Below are positions 22,470-35,825 of a DNA stretch of 64,000 bases, one piece after another. The position numbers and the translations under genes are program-made. Location of the stretch: NCBI RefSeq assembly GCF_002113885.1, contig NW_018404125.1, positions 222,051-286,050 on the forward strand, in the 5' to 3' direction. The number at the start of each line of letters is the position of its first letter. Position 1 is the stretch's first letter. The notes under the pieces were generated by a model. It saw only the letters and a program-made list of their open reading frames with translations, had not been told where the DNA came from and made no database searches. Source of the DNA: Mizuhopecten yessoensis. Lineage: Eukaryota.

Positions 22470-25400
22470 ACATGTTTTCGAAATTTTGAGTTTTCAGCAA
22501 TTTTGTTTCTACTTTTATTACAGCATATGGATATTGAATCCAATCCTGGCCCGGGGCTTGGCGAGCTTTCGATATTTCACCTTAATATAAGAAGTGTAAG
22601 GAATGAATTGGATTATATCGAAGATATAGCCGGTGAATATGACATATGTATAACAGAACTCATTTAGATGACCAGGTACCTACAGATGACTTACTTATAG
22701 CTGGATTTCATGAACCTTTTCGACTTTGCTGGTGGAGGTGTTCTGGTCTACACTAACAATCTTCTTAAAGTAAACCGTTTATCGGCATAAAAATATCCCG
22801 GCGATGAGGAAATTTGGACAAATGTCATCATTCTCGGAAAACCTGCGTGCGTCTATTAACATTACAATGCTCTAGATATCACACCAAATATTATAGTAAC
22901 TGGTGATTTAAATGTCGACTTATTAACTGCATCTACTAACCATGTTCTTTTTGATATTATGAATTATTTTAGTATAACCAATGTCATAAATATCCTGTAT
23001 TGATTCTTCTGTGGTACCAGTTGATAAATCTTTTAGGGACCATGATGGTTGTACTGCTTGTATTAAATTAACTTGTGCTTTTAGATCCATTTATAAGCCT
23101 AAACTTTGGCTGTATAAGAGGGCAGACTTTCAAATGTTTATTAATCTTATTTCTAATTATAAATGGATCGATCTTTTCCTAACTTGCGACTCCGTTGATA
23201 TTACCTGTGAGCGTTTTACTGACGTTTTTCTAAATTTTGCTAATTTATGTATTCCATCTAAAGTGGTCACTTTAAGACCAAATGACAAACCTTGAATGAC
23301 CTCCGAACTAAGTAAAAATTTGAGAATTCGAGATAGGTTGCACAAAATGGCGAGGTCAACCAAGCTTCTTTCGGATGTTAATAAATTTAATTCTCAACGT
23401 TATAAGGTTAACAACATGAAAAAGCATGCCCGTTTTATATTTTTTCTAAATGTTCAAGGTATAATTGAAGAGTATTCGTCCTCTGATCCTTAATCTTACT
23501 GGAGACTTATTAAACGGTTTATGAAATCCACTGGTACTTCACAATCTATACATCTGTACCTACACTTGTAGATCCTCATACTGACAATGTTGTTACTTAT
23601 GACGAAGATAAAGCTAACTTACTAAATGACTATTTTTGTAATATAACACGAGTAGATGATACTAACAATGTGGTTCCTATTGTTGAGCCAAAAACTGACA
23701 AAACGTTCAGCTCTTTTAGAGTAAATAGTAATGAAATTCGAGACGTTATAAAGATATTGAAGCTTGGCAAGGCCCCGGGTGAGGATGGAATCAGACATTA
23801 TATGTTAAGAAATACCTCATGTACAACAACTTGACTCCAGATTATTTACGATCTCCTGCCAACTACTATTGCAGAAAATAACAGGTACACTCTTAGAAAT
23901 AACAGTGATTATAGAGTTCCTCTATTTGGGCTTTCTCTTACAAATCTTTCCCTTATACCTTCCACTCTGCGTAGCTGGAACTCCATAGATCTATCAGTAC
24001 GATCGTTGCCTTCTATACATTTATTTAAAAACCTTCTTACTTCAAATGTACAACCATCCCCTCCTATATACTTCAGGTTTGGAGAACGTAAATTGAATAT
24101 TAAACATACTAAACTGAGGCACTATTGTAGTTCCCTTAAGTATGACCTTTACAAGTTTCAAGTTTTATTTTACACTCATGACACACGAGGTGTGTTACAA
24201 GAGGTCAACATTTTAATACATTTCAATTACATAGCAAAGTGAGTACAGATTGTGTATACAACATGTAAATATATAATACTACAGAATAATAGCACTGCAT
24301 TTATCTTATGTCACTTTAAGCCTTAATTGTTTTCTCTAGAAAACGACTTATTTTAGGTAAAACATGTAAATAACAAATAGAAATCATTCCTTTTAGCTTA
24401 AAGTTGCTTGGGTTTGTAGTGTAATAATTATGGATATATATTTTTCTTATTGATGATATATAAGTATTTTGGCATTTAAACAAATAATGTGGTTCGTCAC
24501 CTATACCTGTTTGACACAAAGGGCATATTCTATCTGATTTTGGAGTTGCATTCCAGCGTCCAGTCTCTATTGGGAAATTTAGGTTAGACGTGCGGAATTT
24601 ACAAATAATTTTCCTATCTTTTTCATTAAATTTTGTTAGATATGATTCATACTGAAAGTTTGTCTTAAATATGGAGTAGAAGTTACCACGAGAAAAGTTT
24701 TCTATCTCTTGGAACCATTTCTGTATAAATTGATCTTTTAACCGCTGTTTAACTACAGCTTTGAAATGATTTCTATTCATAGTACAAGTATTTTGAAAAA
24801 TCCACAAATTATTAAAACCTAACTTGTTTAATATATTTTTTATGTAATTATTCCATTTAAAATGCATTTGTTCATTTGATTGTGAAACATATGTCATTTT
24901 GTATATCAGACTAGATATCTTGCTCCCGCCAGTTAACAACTGAAACCAGAACATGATCATTCTTGTCTTGATTTCTACTTCCAGAGGATATCTTCCGGTT
25001 TCTCCATAAATCATGTAATTCGGAGTAGAATTTTTCACATTCATGATTCTTTTACAAAATTGCAAATGCAGTCTTTCTATGGTAATAGTGTTTTCGAATA
25101 CCCATATCTCACAAGCATACAATAGGATCGGTGAAACAAGAGAATCAAATAACTTAAGTTGCAAATCAACAGACAATGGAATATTTCTTATTTTCTTGTA
25201 CAATGCATATAGTGCTTTTTTAGCTTGTTCAGTTATTTTTGTTTTTGCTTTACTAAATGTACCATTGCTATTAAATAATATGCCCAGTTACTCTTGTCGA
25301 AGGCCATTTTGCATCTGTGGACATCCATGTGAGAATGTCTTTCACTTTTTCTTTGAGTGTCAACTTTTTAGCGATGAAAGGCGTATTTTGCTTCGAAATT

Positions 25401-25712
25401 TGAATGCCTTAGATATAGATTTAAATTTAGAGCTTCTTTTGTTTAGCAGTTCAGATCTTTCGGTGGACCTTAACTCTTTACGTTTTTAGACATGTTCATC
25501 ACTTCATCAAATCCAGCTAAATATTTTGAATGTTTTTTTTAAAAGTTGTGTATTTGTACCTGTGAGAATATTATATATATATCTACCTCATGTTCATGCT
25601 TATTATCATTGTTAACATGCAATTGTAAATGTATGACGCTAGAAGGCTGTGATAAGTTGTAATAACTTGTGCCCAATCCCTTGTCCAACTTTATTGGCAA
25701 TAAATATTGTTA
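22470..25712 (+). mobile_element. Decayed APE-type LINE (CR1/L2 group) with N-terminal 2A-like motif, RT core deleted, split by a nested LINE
   Basis: LLLLQHMDIESNPGP then IFHLNIRSVRN (APE start), GGGV.VY, IIVTGDLNVDLL, CIPSKVVTLRPNDKP, KLGKAPGEDGI; then C-terminal YTLRN..PSTLRSWNS..LRHYCSSLKYDLY|SCR.PFCICGHPCENVFHFFFEC; AATAAA near 25699. Confidence 0.85.
24153..25287 (-). mobile_element. 5'-truncated LINE (RTE-X-like, tentative) inserted in the above LINE; uninterrupted ~323-codon frame
   Basis: Frame open from 25287 (LGILFNSNGTF) to 24316, with LFDSLVSPILLYACEIW, GETGRYPL, PIETGRW..RICPLC..IGDEPHYLFKC; aataaa plus (aacttg) tail; 4-bp direct repeat ttac at 24149-52 and 25288-91. Confidence 0.88.
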
Positions 25713-25870
25713 AAGTAAAAAGTATTGGAAGAGAACCGGTAACTGGTGCGTCGGTCGACATGATACACGACAGTCTGTAACGTCAACGACCAAGTTTCAC
25801 GACATTAAATAATAATATAAGGACGCCATAAAAAACTACTACATCATGAACGTGAAACACTCAGAGATCA

Positions 25871-26135
25871 GGGCCCATACTTATGAAACCGTTCTCATGT
25901 TCAAGCATGGATTCTGTGCTCAAGGCAACTTTCTTTTAAAGCACTTAAACCATGTGATATGGAAAAAGATCCTGTGTAACCATTTAAAACAATATTCGTT
26001 TTGAAGTATCTTCAAAACTTTTCCAAATCCTTAACAAGATGTGTTTTGTTTCTAATTTATCACTATAATAAGAAAAATGGGCATGATTACAGATTCCGCG
26101 CTTGAGCATGAGAATGGCTTCATGAATACGGGCTT
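25871..26135. mobile_element. MITE (PIF/Harbinger-like termini) with 47-bp TIRs
   Basis: gggcccatacttatgaaaccgttctcatgttcaagcatggattctgt versus reverse complement of 26089-26135: 36/47 identical by hand count. Confidence 0.8.
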
Positions 26136-26646
26136 AGATGTTGTTTTCTGATAGAGTCGAGAAATGAATACGGGCTTAGATGTTGTTTTCCGATAGAGTC
26201 GAGACATGCATACGGGCTTAGATGTTGTTTTCTGATAGAGTCGAGGCATGAATACGGGCTTTGATGTTGTTTTCTGATAGAGTCGAGGCATGAATACGGG
26301 CTTTGATGTTGTTTTCTGATAGAGTCAAGGCATGAATACGGGCTTTCATGTTGTTTTCTGACAGAGTCGAGACATGAATAGGGGCTTTGATGTTGTTTTC
26401 TGATAGAGTTGAGACATGAATACGGGCTTTGATGTTGTTTCTGATAGAGTCGAGACATGAATACGGGCTTCGATGTTGTTTCTGATAGAGTCGAGACATG
26501 AATACGGGCTTTGATGTTGTTTTCTGATAGAGTCGAGGCATGAATACGGGCTTTCATGTTGTTTTCTGATAGAGTCGAGACATGAATAGGGGCTTTGATG
26601 TTGTTTTCTGATAGAGTCGAGACATGAATACGGGCTTAGATGTTGT
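26121..26646. repeat. 42-bp minisatellite, ~12 copies; unit = last 15 nt of MITE TIR + 27 nt of flank
   Basis: Unit catgaatacgggctt|tgatgttgttttctgatagagtcgagg; first copy overlaps the MITE right TIR. Confidence 0.92.
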
Positions 26647-27721
26647 CATGCAAGCAGTGAACGACATAACAGAGATTATTTAATTGATTGTTTATGTATT
26701 TATAGTTGTTGTAACATTGTCATCATTCGAGGAAGATGGACGACGGGTAATGCAGAAGGACACCAACAGGATCAGCGATATGTCAAGTGATTGGCTTATG
26801 ATTACGTAAACAAGTATTAAACTACGGAACAGGTCTAGAATTCACAAAACTTCTTAACTATCATTACAAATAAAGTTACTAAATATTACAAGGACGTTTA
26901 CTGTTAGAGCATAGTCTATATTATCGACACTGTTACATTCATTGTTATACTATATTCCAACATAAATAATTATCATCTATGGACTTTTGTTGAGATGAAT
27001 ATATAGTTATATGCACCCGAGAGAGATATTAACCGAGGCGATGTCACAAATCACTGACCTGCACGTGAGTATTACCTCGCCACTGAGCATGTCGGAAAAA
27101 GTTATATTTCCTACTGTTCCCTGGTACTATCCTTTAAAGTTTTATTATTTTTCTTTGCGAGGGTTTTAATTCGTTAGAATAATTAAAACTGATATATCTC
27201 ACTTACAAACTTTGAATGTAATTTGGGTACACGTTCGACTCTCCCCACGCATTAACTCAATATGTGTGAAATATTTATTGATAAAGTATATGGGTCAGTT
27301 TGATTAATGAGATCCTGTACCGGAAATCCCCCACGTTATCTATCCATCACTGTCACTGGTTTTCTTCACCTGCCACATCAAACTTCATTACTTCAATCGC
27401 ACGTACATTTCAACAAAATTCCTTTTTGAGATAAAGCAACGGTAGACATTTTATTTATTTTTCACACTGGCGCCATGATACTGTTATCAGAGTTCTTTTA
27501 ACATAGCCCAAAGAAAATTGTTCCGCTTTCTTGTAACGAGTTATAACTGTTAAGTACAGAGTTTATCCGAAACATCACGTGTTTTCATACTAAAAATTAT
27601 ATTGTCTTCAAAAAGGAAATACAATGCAAGCGGAGCCATTGTAAAATTACTTGTAATGTCCAATTCATTGTATTCGGGATGCACAGATAGCACCAATATT
27701 AATTTGATTTCGTTTGATTTT

Positions 27722-28090
27722 GTTTATTGTCCCACTAAGTTCAGTTTAATTCATTGGATGACGTGGCTCCATGAGTGGGATTTATGTGTGCTTGTGTGTA
27801 CATGTATGTTGGAGGCAGAGTATGTTGGTGTATTTGCTTCCTGGTGATAGCGTGGATCTGATGCCGAGTGCTTCCTCACTGAACTACCATACAACAGGCA
27901 CGTAGCACAGCATTCCGCCCGGTCACATTATACTGGATCAACCAGTTGTCGCCATTGCCCTAAATGCCGAATATTAAAAAGGGAATAATAACTACCATTT
28001 TAAAGGATTTTGGTGTGTCCCAGCCTGGGGACAGAAACCATTGCCTACTTCTCTTGGGTAAACACTAAACACAAAGGCCAAGAGGAAGGT
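27722..28090 (-). mobile_element. Near full-length degenerate tRNA-derived SINE
   Basis: Inverted homolog of 5695-5908 plus further upstream sequence (ctgggacacacc..aaatggtagtt..ggcatttagggc) typical of molluscan SINE bodies. Confidence 0.65.
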
Positions 28091-28437
28091 ATTACCAAGC
28101 AAGCCACTAGAAAAGAAAATATTTTCAAGAAGAAGAGAAAAAATGCAAAGATCCCAAATTTTCCAAAGGGGGCATAAGATCAATTGTAGTTTCTTGTTGA
28201 ATTTTAGATGCAAAGGTGGTTGTCGTCTTTTTCAACGAAACCTAACCACAGCCATATGAACTGTAGATTTGTAGAGGATAGGTTTTCAATGTCGTGTTCT
28301 GTACTTTACGCAAATTGTTTTTATTTACACTAATGTAGCTAGCGTTTCTTATTTTGATGTTACACTGGCAATAAGATCCCGAACATTGTATGCATGTTAT
28401 GCGTGGAATTCACTTCATGCTTGTTTTCCGTTTCCTA

Positions 28438-28817
28438 TCATAATAATATTACATTTGTATGTGTGAATCTATAATGATGATAATATTACATTTGTATATG
28501 TGAATCTATAATGATAATAACATCACATGTGTATGTGTGAATCTATAATGATGATAATATTACATTTGTATATGTGAATCTATAATGATAATAACATTAC
28601 ATGTGTATGTGTGAATCTATAATGATAATAATATTACATTTGTATGTGTGAATCTATAATGATAATAACATCACATGTGTATGTGTGAATCTATAATGAT
28701 GATAACATTACATTTGTATGTGTGTATCTATAATGATGATAACATTACATTTGTACGTGTGAAACTATAATGATAATAACATTACATTTGTAAGTGTGAA
28801 TCTATAATGATAATAAT
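28438..28817. repeat. 37-bp AT-rich minisatellite, ~10 copies
   Basis: Unit tataatgataataacattacatttgtatgtgtgaatc. Confidence 0.95.
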
Positions 28818-30434
28818 GATTTACTGAATGCCGCGGCTTGTTTTCTAAAAGATACTTAAATTTCTAATCAATTATCAACGAATGATTTTATTTAAAACCG
28901 ACAGGATTTACTGAAGGTAGCCTTAGTATAATTAGCATAAAATCAGTCGTTGTCTGTATTATTAAGGATCACGGTCCCGCTGTTATTAATAACACCCCCT
29001 ATATATATATCTGTATCACAGTTGGTCCAGGACACTTATCTCGTAACACTTTATACATGAATTTTCAAACTTTTGATCATAAATGGACGAAAAAGCCATA
29101 TGGTGCTATTAAAACGTTAACATTGTTTGTCACTTTGCATCGACTTGCTTAAGTTTTAAATAGGTTCTTTCTCATTCATACTTCTGTGTTTATTGTAATT
29201 AAAACTCATCGCAGTGTGAAAATGTTCGCATTGTGAACTTTTTAACTGATTGCAGTTTGAAAAATTTCGCGTTGGTTATATTTCTGAAATGTACATATTC
29301 TTTTGATCTATAATCTATAAATACATATTTGCGTTTGGATATTTTCGTGCTAATTTGCTCTCAAAGCGACAAATTTGAACATTTCCACGCCGCGAAAATT
29401 CCCACATTTACAGAAATAAACAGCAACATGAATGTTATATACGTTCTTTTATTCATTAATAGATACATAAGGCTTTATGTACAACTATATAACACAGTTA
29501 CAGAAGATATTACCATGATACCGCGTACATTGTACAGTATTACACATTAAATACTTTATGGTCTAGTTAATCTGTTTATCACTTACTAACTTAGTAACTG
29601 TCAATGTGCAACTGTCGCAAAAACATTTTTTTTTTATTCGCGAGGACTTTACTTCGGCAAGCTGTACAAAACTAGATGAATTACTTGTCTTAAATTGAAA
29701 TGATTAATACATTTTCGTTATATTTTGGAGTTTGTTGTTCGTTGCAGACTCTTGTAAAATAAACTCCTAGCGAATCCAAATGTATTCCTGGAACATATTC
29801 GGGGGATGTTAATGTCACCAACAGCCAATTATTTAGCTTATTATTCAATCCACGAATAAAGAGAGAAATAATTTTCTGCGAAATATAACAGCTTTTCAGT
29901 GAATAGTAGTGACAGACAGTTACCGTACTACTGAATGAAACTGCTCCATTTAAAGGTATGTAATTTAGAGTGGTTATCTCCATGAAATCACACGACTGAG
30001 TAAAGACATATATTTCTTCAAATTAACTGTTATTATAGTTGTAATTTGGACTCTTGAAACACGCTTACACACACATACACATGACTAAGGTAGTAAGTGA
30101 ATGTTCTAATTAATCCTAGAAAGGTCTTAGAACACCCACATCAGAACATTACCATATTCAATGCCTAACATATAAGTACAATGTAAACGTAAGAACAATA
30201 ATCACACCTACACACAATACTGTAATAATGCTTTTCTGAGTAAGATCATATCACACACACCTCCCTGCCATAATGAATATTACATTGTTACCACGACAAC
30301 ATCCCGCGCGTGAGCAGTTGATCAATGAAATATAATTATCACACATTCATCACTGGATTCATTTTTACAACATAATTACTTAAACAGTTGGATTTCTTGT
30401 ATACTTATATTTGGTATCCGACGTCATACATAAC

Positions 30435-30743
30435 TATATAAGCACGTGTTAAAGTGACGTATGACTGACGTCACCCCTTGTATTCCATATAAGCACGTGT
30501 TAAAGTGACGTATGGTATGATGTCACCCCTTGTATTCTATATAAACACGTGATAAAGTGACGTATGGTCTGATGTCGCCCCTTGTATTCTATATAAGCAC
30601 GTATTAAAGTGACGTATGGTCTGACGTCACCCCTTGTATTCTATACAAGCACGTGTTAAAGTGACGTATGGTCTGACGTCACCCCTTGTATTCTATACAA
30701 GCACGTGTTAAAGTGACGTATGGTCTGACGTCATCCCTTGTAT
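30435..30743. repeat. 52-bp minisatellite, 6 copies, in the Pif-like 3' UTR starting at the stop codon
   Basis: Unit aagcacgtgttaaagtgacgtatggtctgacgtcaccccttgtattctatat at 30440, 30491, 30543, 30595, 30647, 30699. Confidence 0.95.
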
Positions 30744-30787
30744 CATGGACGGTATACACTCATTGGCTTGCATTTGTATATCTCCAG
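30743..30787 (-). CDS. Pif/BMSP-like protein, last coding exon 11 (LEIYKCKPMSVYRP*)
   Basis: Acceptor ttttttcatttcag|; phase 0; completes the LamG C-terminal motif FIGEMDN-LEIYKC. Confidence 0.85.
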   Translation of the reverse strand: MEIYKCKPMSVYRP

Positions 30788-33763
30788 CTGAAATGAAAAA
30801 AAGTTGTAGCATTAATATCATTTAAGTAATATCTTTTTACTTGACATGCCGTATATACTAAGAACTGTTCAGATTACCATTCTTTTCAAATATACATGTA
30901 CATCAAAATCATATTCATTTGTTATTTTATCTAAAAGAAAAATACGCACATTTTGCATATACATTCATGTATATATGTCATATATATATATATAACATAC
31001 TTGAACTTGTACTGAAGGTAAATAAATTTCAATAACGTTTAAGATGAGAAATATTCTAGTCCGAAAAAACTGACCATATCCTCATCTCTGCCCAATCAAA
31101 TCGTTTTTTCACAAGAGATGGTAAGTCATTTCCGGTTAAACTATCCTTGATGTAAGGAATGTTGGTGAAACTTTTGCCTTGTAGATCGATTGTGTCTCTA
31201 TGGTGTTCAGTTTAAACAGGTTTCATTTGTATCTCATCGTTACAGTTTATTATCGCATAAATGTGACCCTTACTTTGCTTATGTCCAACCTGGTAGTGCC
31301 TAACCTCTCCAGGTGACTTTTATTACGATACAGGTATATTACTCAATAAGATTCCCGTATATATTGCACTAATTTGCCTGATATATTTAGTTTTAATATC
31401 TAGACAAGCGATGCTTCTATCTAACGCCACTTAAAGTAAAACAAAGAAAAACAAAATGCCAAATGACACTTTCTATAATAAATTATTTTCTTAGGTTTTT
31501 CAATATAATGGCATCTTTAGTCAGCCATTGGTACAAATTATGTTGTTTTGAAGCGCAGTGCATACGCCATAACACACAATGTCAAACTTGTCTAGTGCGA
31601 CAATCTAAACAGTTAAGAAGACCTGAAAGCCATGCAAGGAACAATACACTTATGAACTATTATAATATCATTAAGAGACGGATGGAAACGTTGATTAAGC
31701 ATCTAGCTCTGCCTCCGGGGAAAGGTAATTGTAACATAAGGTCGGACATATCATAAACATTATCCACCAATAGATCTTCACTCTGACAAGATGTGAACTT
31801 TTTATACGAAAGTCAGATTTGTCAATGTCACATGGCTATATTATTTGCTGCGGTAGACATCTTGCTGTTGGCGTAGTATCTTATTGACGTTTATACTATT
31901 GTTGACATTTAAATTCAACACTTCACATTTATATTAATGACAACACGTGCGTGCTAATTACTAAATATTGACTTGGTTTAGATTTATAAAGTCCCATTAT
32001 CTCTGCGAGTCATAATATCATATTTTTATTTAATAAATTTAAAAAAACCGTTTTACAGATATAGTTAAGTTTCTTGTTCATAAACAGTTTTCTAAAATTT
32101 ATTATTTCTGAAAATAAACTTGATGACACTTTGTGCTAATTCCTTGTCAAGCTTGCCAGTATTTCAACATTTGGTTGTTCCTGGTGTGTTTTTACAAAGC
32201 TAAGACCTATGATACCGTATATGGGATGTATCTGCCTTCCTGTTGTGATTAGGAAATGTGTTAAGTTAATGCAGGAATGATTTATATAAGATACTTTGTA
32301 CTAATACAATTATGTAAACGAATTCAAAACAAAGATATATACACTTGTACAATGATGTAGACTCAATGCATAAACATTGGTATTATACAATCATGTGAAC
32401 TAAATACATGTTTTTGTAATGATATCATTATTTTTAAATTCAAATTAAATGAAATACAACTAATGATATACTGGTAGTGAATTTCGTTTCTGGTCTCGGA
32501 ACGAAAACCTCAGCTACTTGTTGACGATGCAGAGATGTTAAAGTGTTTCATGTGAAAAACCTGCTGACCTCTTATGTTATGATAAAATTTAATAGAGTAA
32601 ATATTTCTTCTCACGAACGATAACCTGATTGAGATAGTGACAATGACAAACATGGTGCCGAGCCCGTATACTAGCAGCTGTTACAGACTAGCTGAGAGCC
32701 ATGTCATCATTAATAAAACGTGTGATTTATAACTACAAATTCATACTTCATATTTCTTAGTTATAACAGATATCTAAAGAACACGTATATCCTATGTTTT
32801 ATCATTAACTTCTCACGGCCAGTTATGGCACATTCCATTGACACATTTTTTTTTATTAATTATGTATTGAATTCCTCTATAGGCTCACGCACGTTACATA
32901 TTTTGATATTTAGTCATCAAATGTTACTAAAACCATGGCCATACATTAAACTTATCATCTGTACATTCTCACATTTTGTACAGTATTGGCATTTTATTTT
33001 AAATACATTTATATAATTAATAGATGAACTTCAATGATCTCCTTCTGTATGAAGCGCATGCTTTCGGAATTAACAACACCACCACGCAGGCTGAGGAAGA
33101 CATACAAGTGTATAGGGTGTTATCAAGTCGAAACCTGCTGCCACACAGGAATCCGTATTATACCGTATTCGGCGTAGACAAGTTACAAGATATAATGTAG
33201 GAAAGCATGTACAAGGAAGTTACGTCACTGCAATGTTTAACATTTGTTTAACATACGTATTGATGTTAAACAGTTGCAGTTTTCTTAAGCTCAAAACATT
33301 TTAGAATGCTTCGTTTGATTAAATAAAAAAGGATTGGATAAAAGTTTTGCAATCCCAAATTCTAAACGTTCTCTTCAATATTGATAGCCAAATCTTCTTA
33401 ACATCAAATTTATATAAATTTAAATTTGATTTTCATTTTTAAATATTAGTTTTAATACAATGAAGGATTTGTTGAAGATGGCCTGATGTTATACTCAAGT
33501 CGGATGTTTCCTTAGCTTTATATAACTCGAGACAATGCCACACCATATCGCATGAATTATCATCAACCGCTGACAAAGAACCAGAACCGTCCATGTGTGA
33601 CTGAGAGGCGCTAACCCTGAACCCTATATGTCACTTAACGGTAGGACGTTATGCCTGGCTGATTCTGTGCTCCCTAGTAAATGTAGAGAGCGCTGGTGCT
33701 ATGCATGTACTAGGTAATTTTAATTGACAAATAATACGAGTTGGTTTATCTTCACATACACTG

Positions 33764-34112
33764 CTTATTTTATCTCCACATATACATATGTGCTTCTAAT
33801 TAGTATACTCTTTATGAATCTTAAATTGATATTGGTATTATATGAAGTTAAACATAAGAGTTTAGTCACGTGTTATAGGTGAAATTCTTGTAAAAGTTTG
33901 ATGTTCATGTGGAAACCCCTTGCCCTCTATAAAGGATGCTAGTTGTAATACTTTCACAGAAACTACTTATTTTAATCTTCACATATACCACTAATTATTA
34001 TACTCTTTTTGAGCCTTAAATTGATATTGATATTATATGATGTTAAACATAAGAGTTTAGTTTGTTATAGGTAAAATTCATTAGAAAGTTTTTATGTTCA
34101 TGGGAAAATCTA
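33764..34112. repeat. Diverged tandem duplication, period ~200 bp
   Basis: cttaaattgatattg.tattatatga.gttaaacataagagtttagt at ~33820 and ~34015 with similar flanks. Confidence 0.8.
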
Positions 34113-34197
34113 TTACCCTCGATTAAACAGATGACTTGGTCATAAGCATAAAGCATGCAACCAATACATGTTTAAATGAATGTTAGATAATACGTAC

Positions 34198-34277
34198 GTT
34201 GTCCATTTCTCCTATGAAATTATTTAGGCCCCATCCATGCCCGATCTGTATTGCACAAGCTCGCCTCTCAATAAGAC
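34198..34277 (-). CDS. Pif-like exon 10 (GLIERRACAIQIGHGWGLNNFIGEMDN; LamG)
   Basis: ttttattctag| ... aac|gtacgt; 80 nt, phase 1-0; L.IG....F.G.MD motif of LamG3. Confidence 0.88.
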
Positions 34278-34420
34278 CTAGAATAAAAATATCCAGATAT
34301 TGATAATATTGTAGAACGTGAAATCAATACAGATAAAAAGAAATATGACGATTTTTATGTTAATCTTTGTTATTGCGTCTTTATAATTTACCCAGACAAC
34401 TCGTGGAGGAACGTACTTAC

Positions 34421-34511
34421 CTGGTACAGTCCTCGTAAATACTCTCTCGTTCGCTCGACCTTGGAGCTTTCCATCGGCTAGCTTTAACTCGACCATCTTC
34501 CAATCCGTTTT
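34421..34511 (-). CDS. Pif-like exon 9 (KTDWKMVELKLADGKLQGRANERVFTRTVP; LamG)
   Basis: tgtttacag| ... ccag|gtaagt; 91 nt, phase 0-1. Confidence 0.88.
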
Positions 34512-34544
34512 CTGTAAACATACAAAAATTACAGTAATAAAGAA

Positions 34545-35229
34545 ATACCACAAGGACAAAACATACCACAGCGTATATACACAAGGACAAAACATACCAC
34601 AGCGTATACACACAAGGACAAAACATATCACAGCGTATATACCACAAGGACAAAACATACCATACCGTATATACACAAGGACAAAACATACCATAACGTA
34701 TATACACAAGGACAAAACATACCATAACGTATATAACCAAGGACAAAACATACCACAGCGTATATATACAAGGACAAAACATACCACAGCGTATATATAC
34801 AAGGACAAAACATACCACAGCGCATATATACAAGGACAAAACATACCACAGCGTTTATACTACAAGGACAAAACATACCACAGCGTATATACCACAAGGA
34901 AAAAACATACCACAGCGTATATAAGGACAAAACATACCACAGCGTATATACTGCAAGGACAAAACATACCACAGCGTATATACCACAAGGAAAAAACATA
35001 CCACAGCGTATATAAGGACAAAACATACCACAGCGTATATAAGGACAAAACATACCACAGCGTTTATACTAAAAGGACAAAACATACCACAGCGTATATA
35101 CCACAAGGAAAAAACATACCACAGCGTATATAAGGACAAAACACACCACAGCGTATATACACACGGCCAAACATATCACAGCGTATATACCACAAGGACA
35201 AAACATACCACAGCGTATATACCACAAGG
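34545..35229. repeat. 28-33-bp minisatellite, ~22 copies, ending ~33 nt upstream of the exon 9 acceptor
   Basis: Core aaggacaaaacataccacagcgtatat with variable spacer. Confidence 0.95.
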
Positions 35230-35825
35230 GCGAATTAGGAACTCAAAGTAGACATGCAAAGAAAAGAAGAAAAGCAACGGAGGAAAAACGTACACCTTAT
35301 TAACTTGAGGTGGAACTATTTATCCTAAAGGTAAGATTTTGCCTTGGTATCAGTTATATGCAAAAACTGATTGCAGTATTGATTTGGAGGAGGAAAAGAT
35401 TATTTTTCTATATGAGTTAGCCTTGTTTGAAGTAATTGTAATTAAAACAGTGCAGTCAGAATATTTTATTTCTTTATATTCCTGTGATATGCGTACAGAA
35501 CTATATACACTTTCTCTATGTTATTTACTGTGACGTGGTGTCCTACTTGTTTTCAAATGCTAAGACTCTATCTTTACGTAAGAAGAAAATACATGGAACA
35601 TGAAATAAAAATGTTATGGTGCATTACATAGCTGTTATAGATTGCTTACATTTCGTGCTTATTCAGTCGACTGCTGATTCAAATATATTGCGAATATGTA
35701 TTCAAGAACAAAAACGTATTTCTCTTATTTCCCTTTTGTGACTACAAATACCTACGAAACAGGTCAACGGTATCAACTGTCGGTAATTGACAGCCACTAA
35801 GAAACAGAAAACAATAATTACGTAC

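Noticed and set aside
26052-26557. Repetitive 14-aa ORFs
   Set aside because: Products of the 42-bp minisatellite.
34545-35139. Cys/Tyr-rich hydrophobic ORFs
   Set aside because: Products of the intronic ~30-bp minisatellite; only 34511-34421 is exonic.
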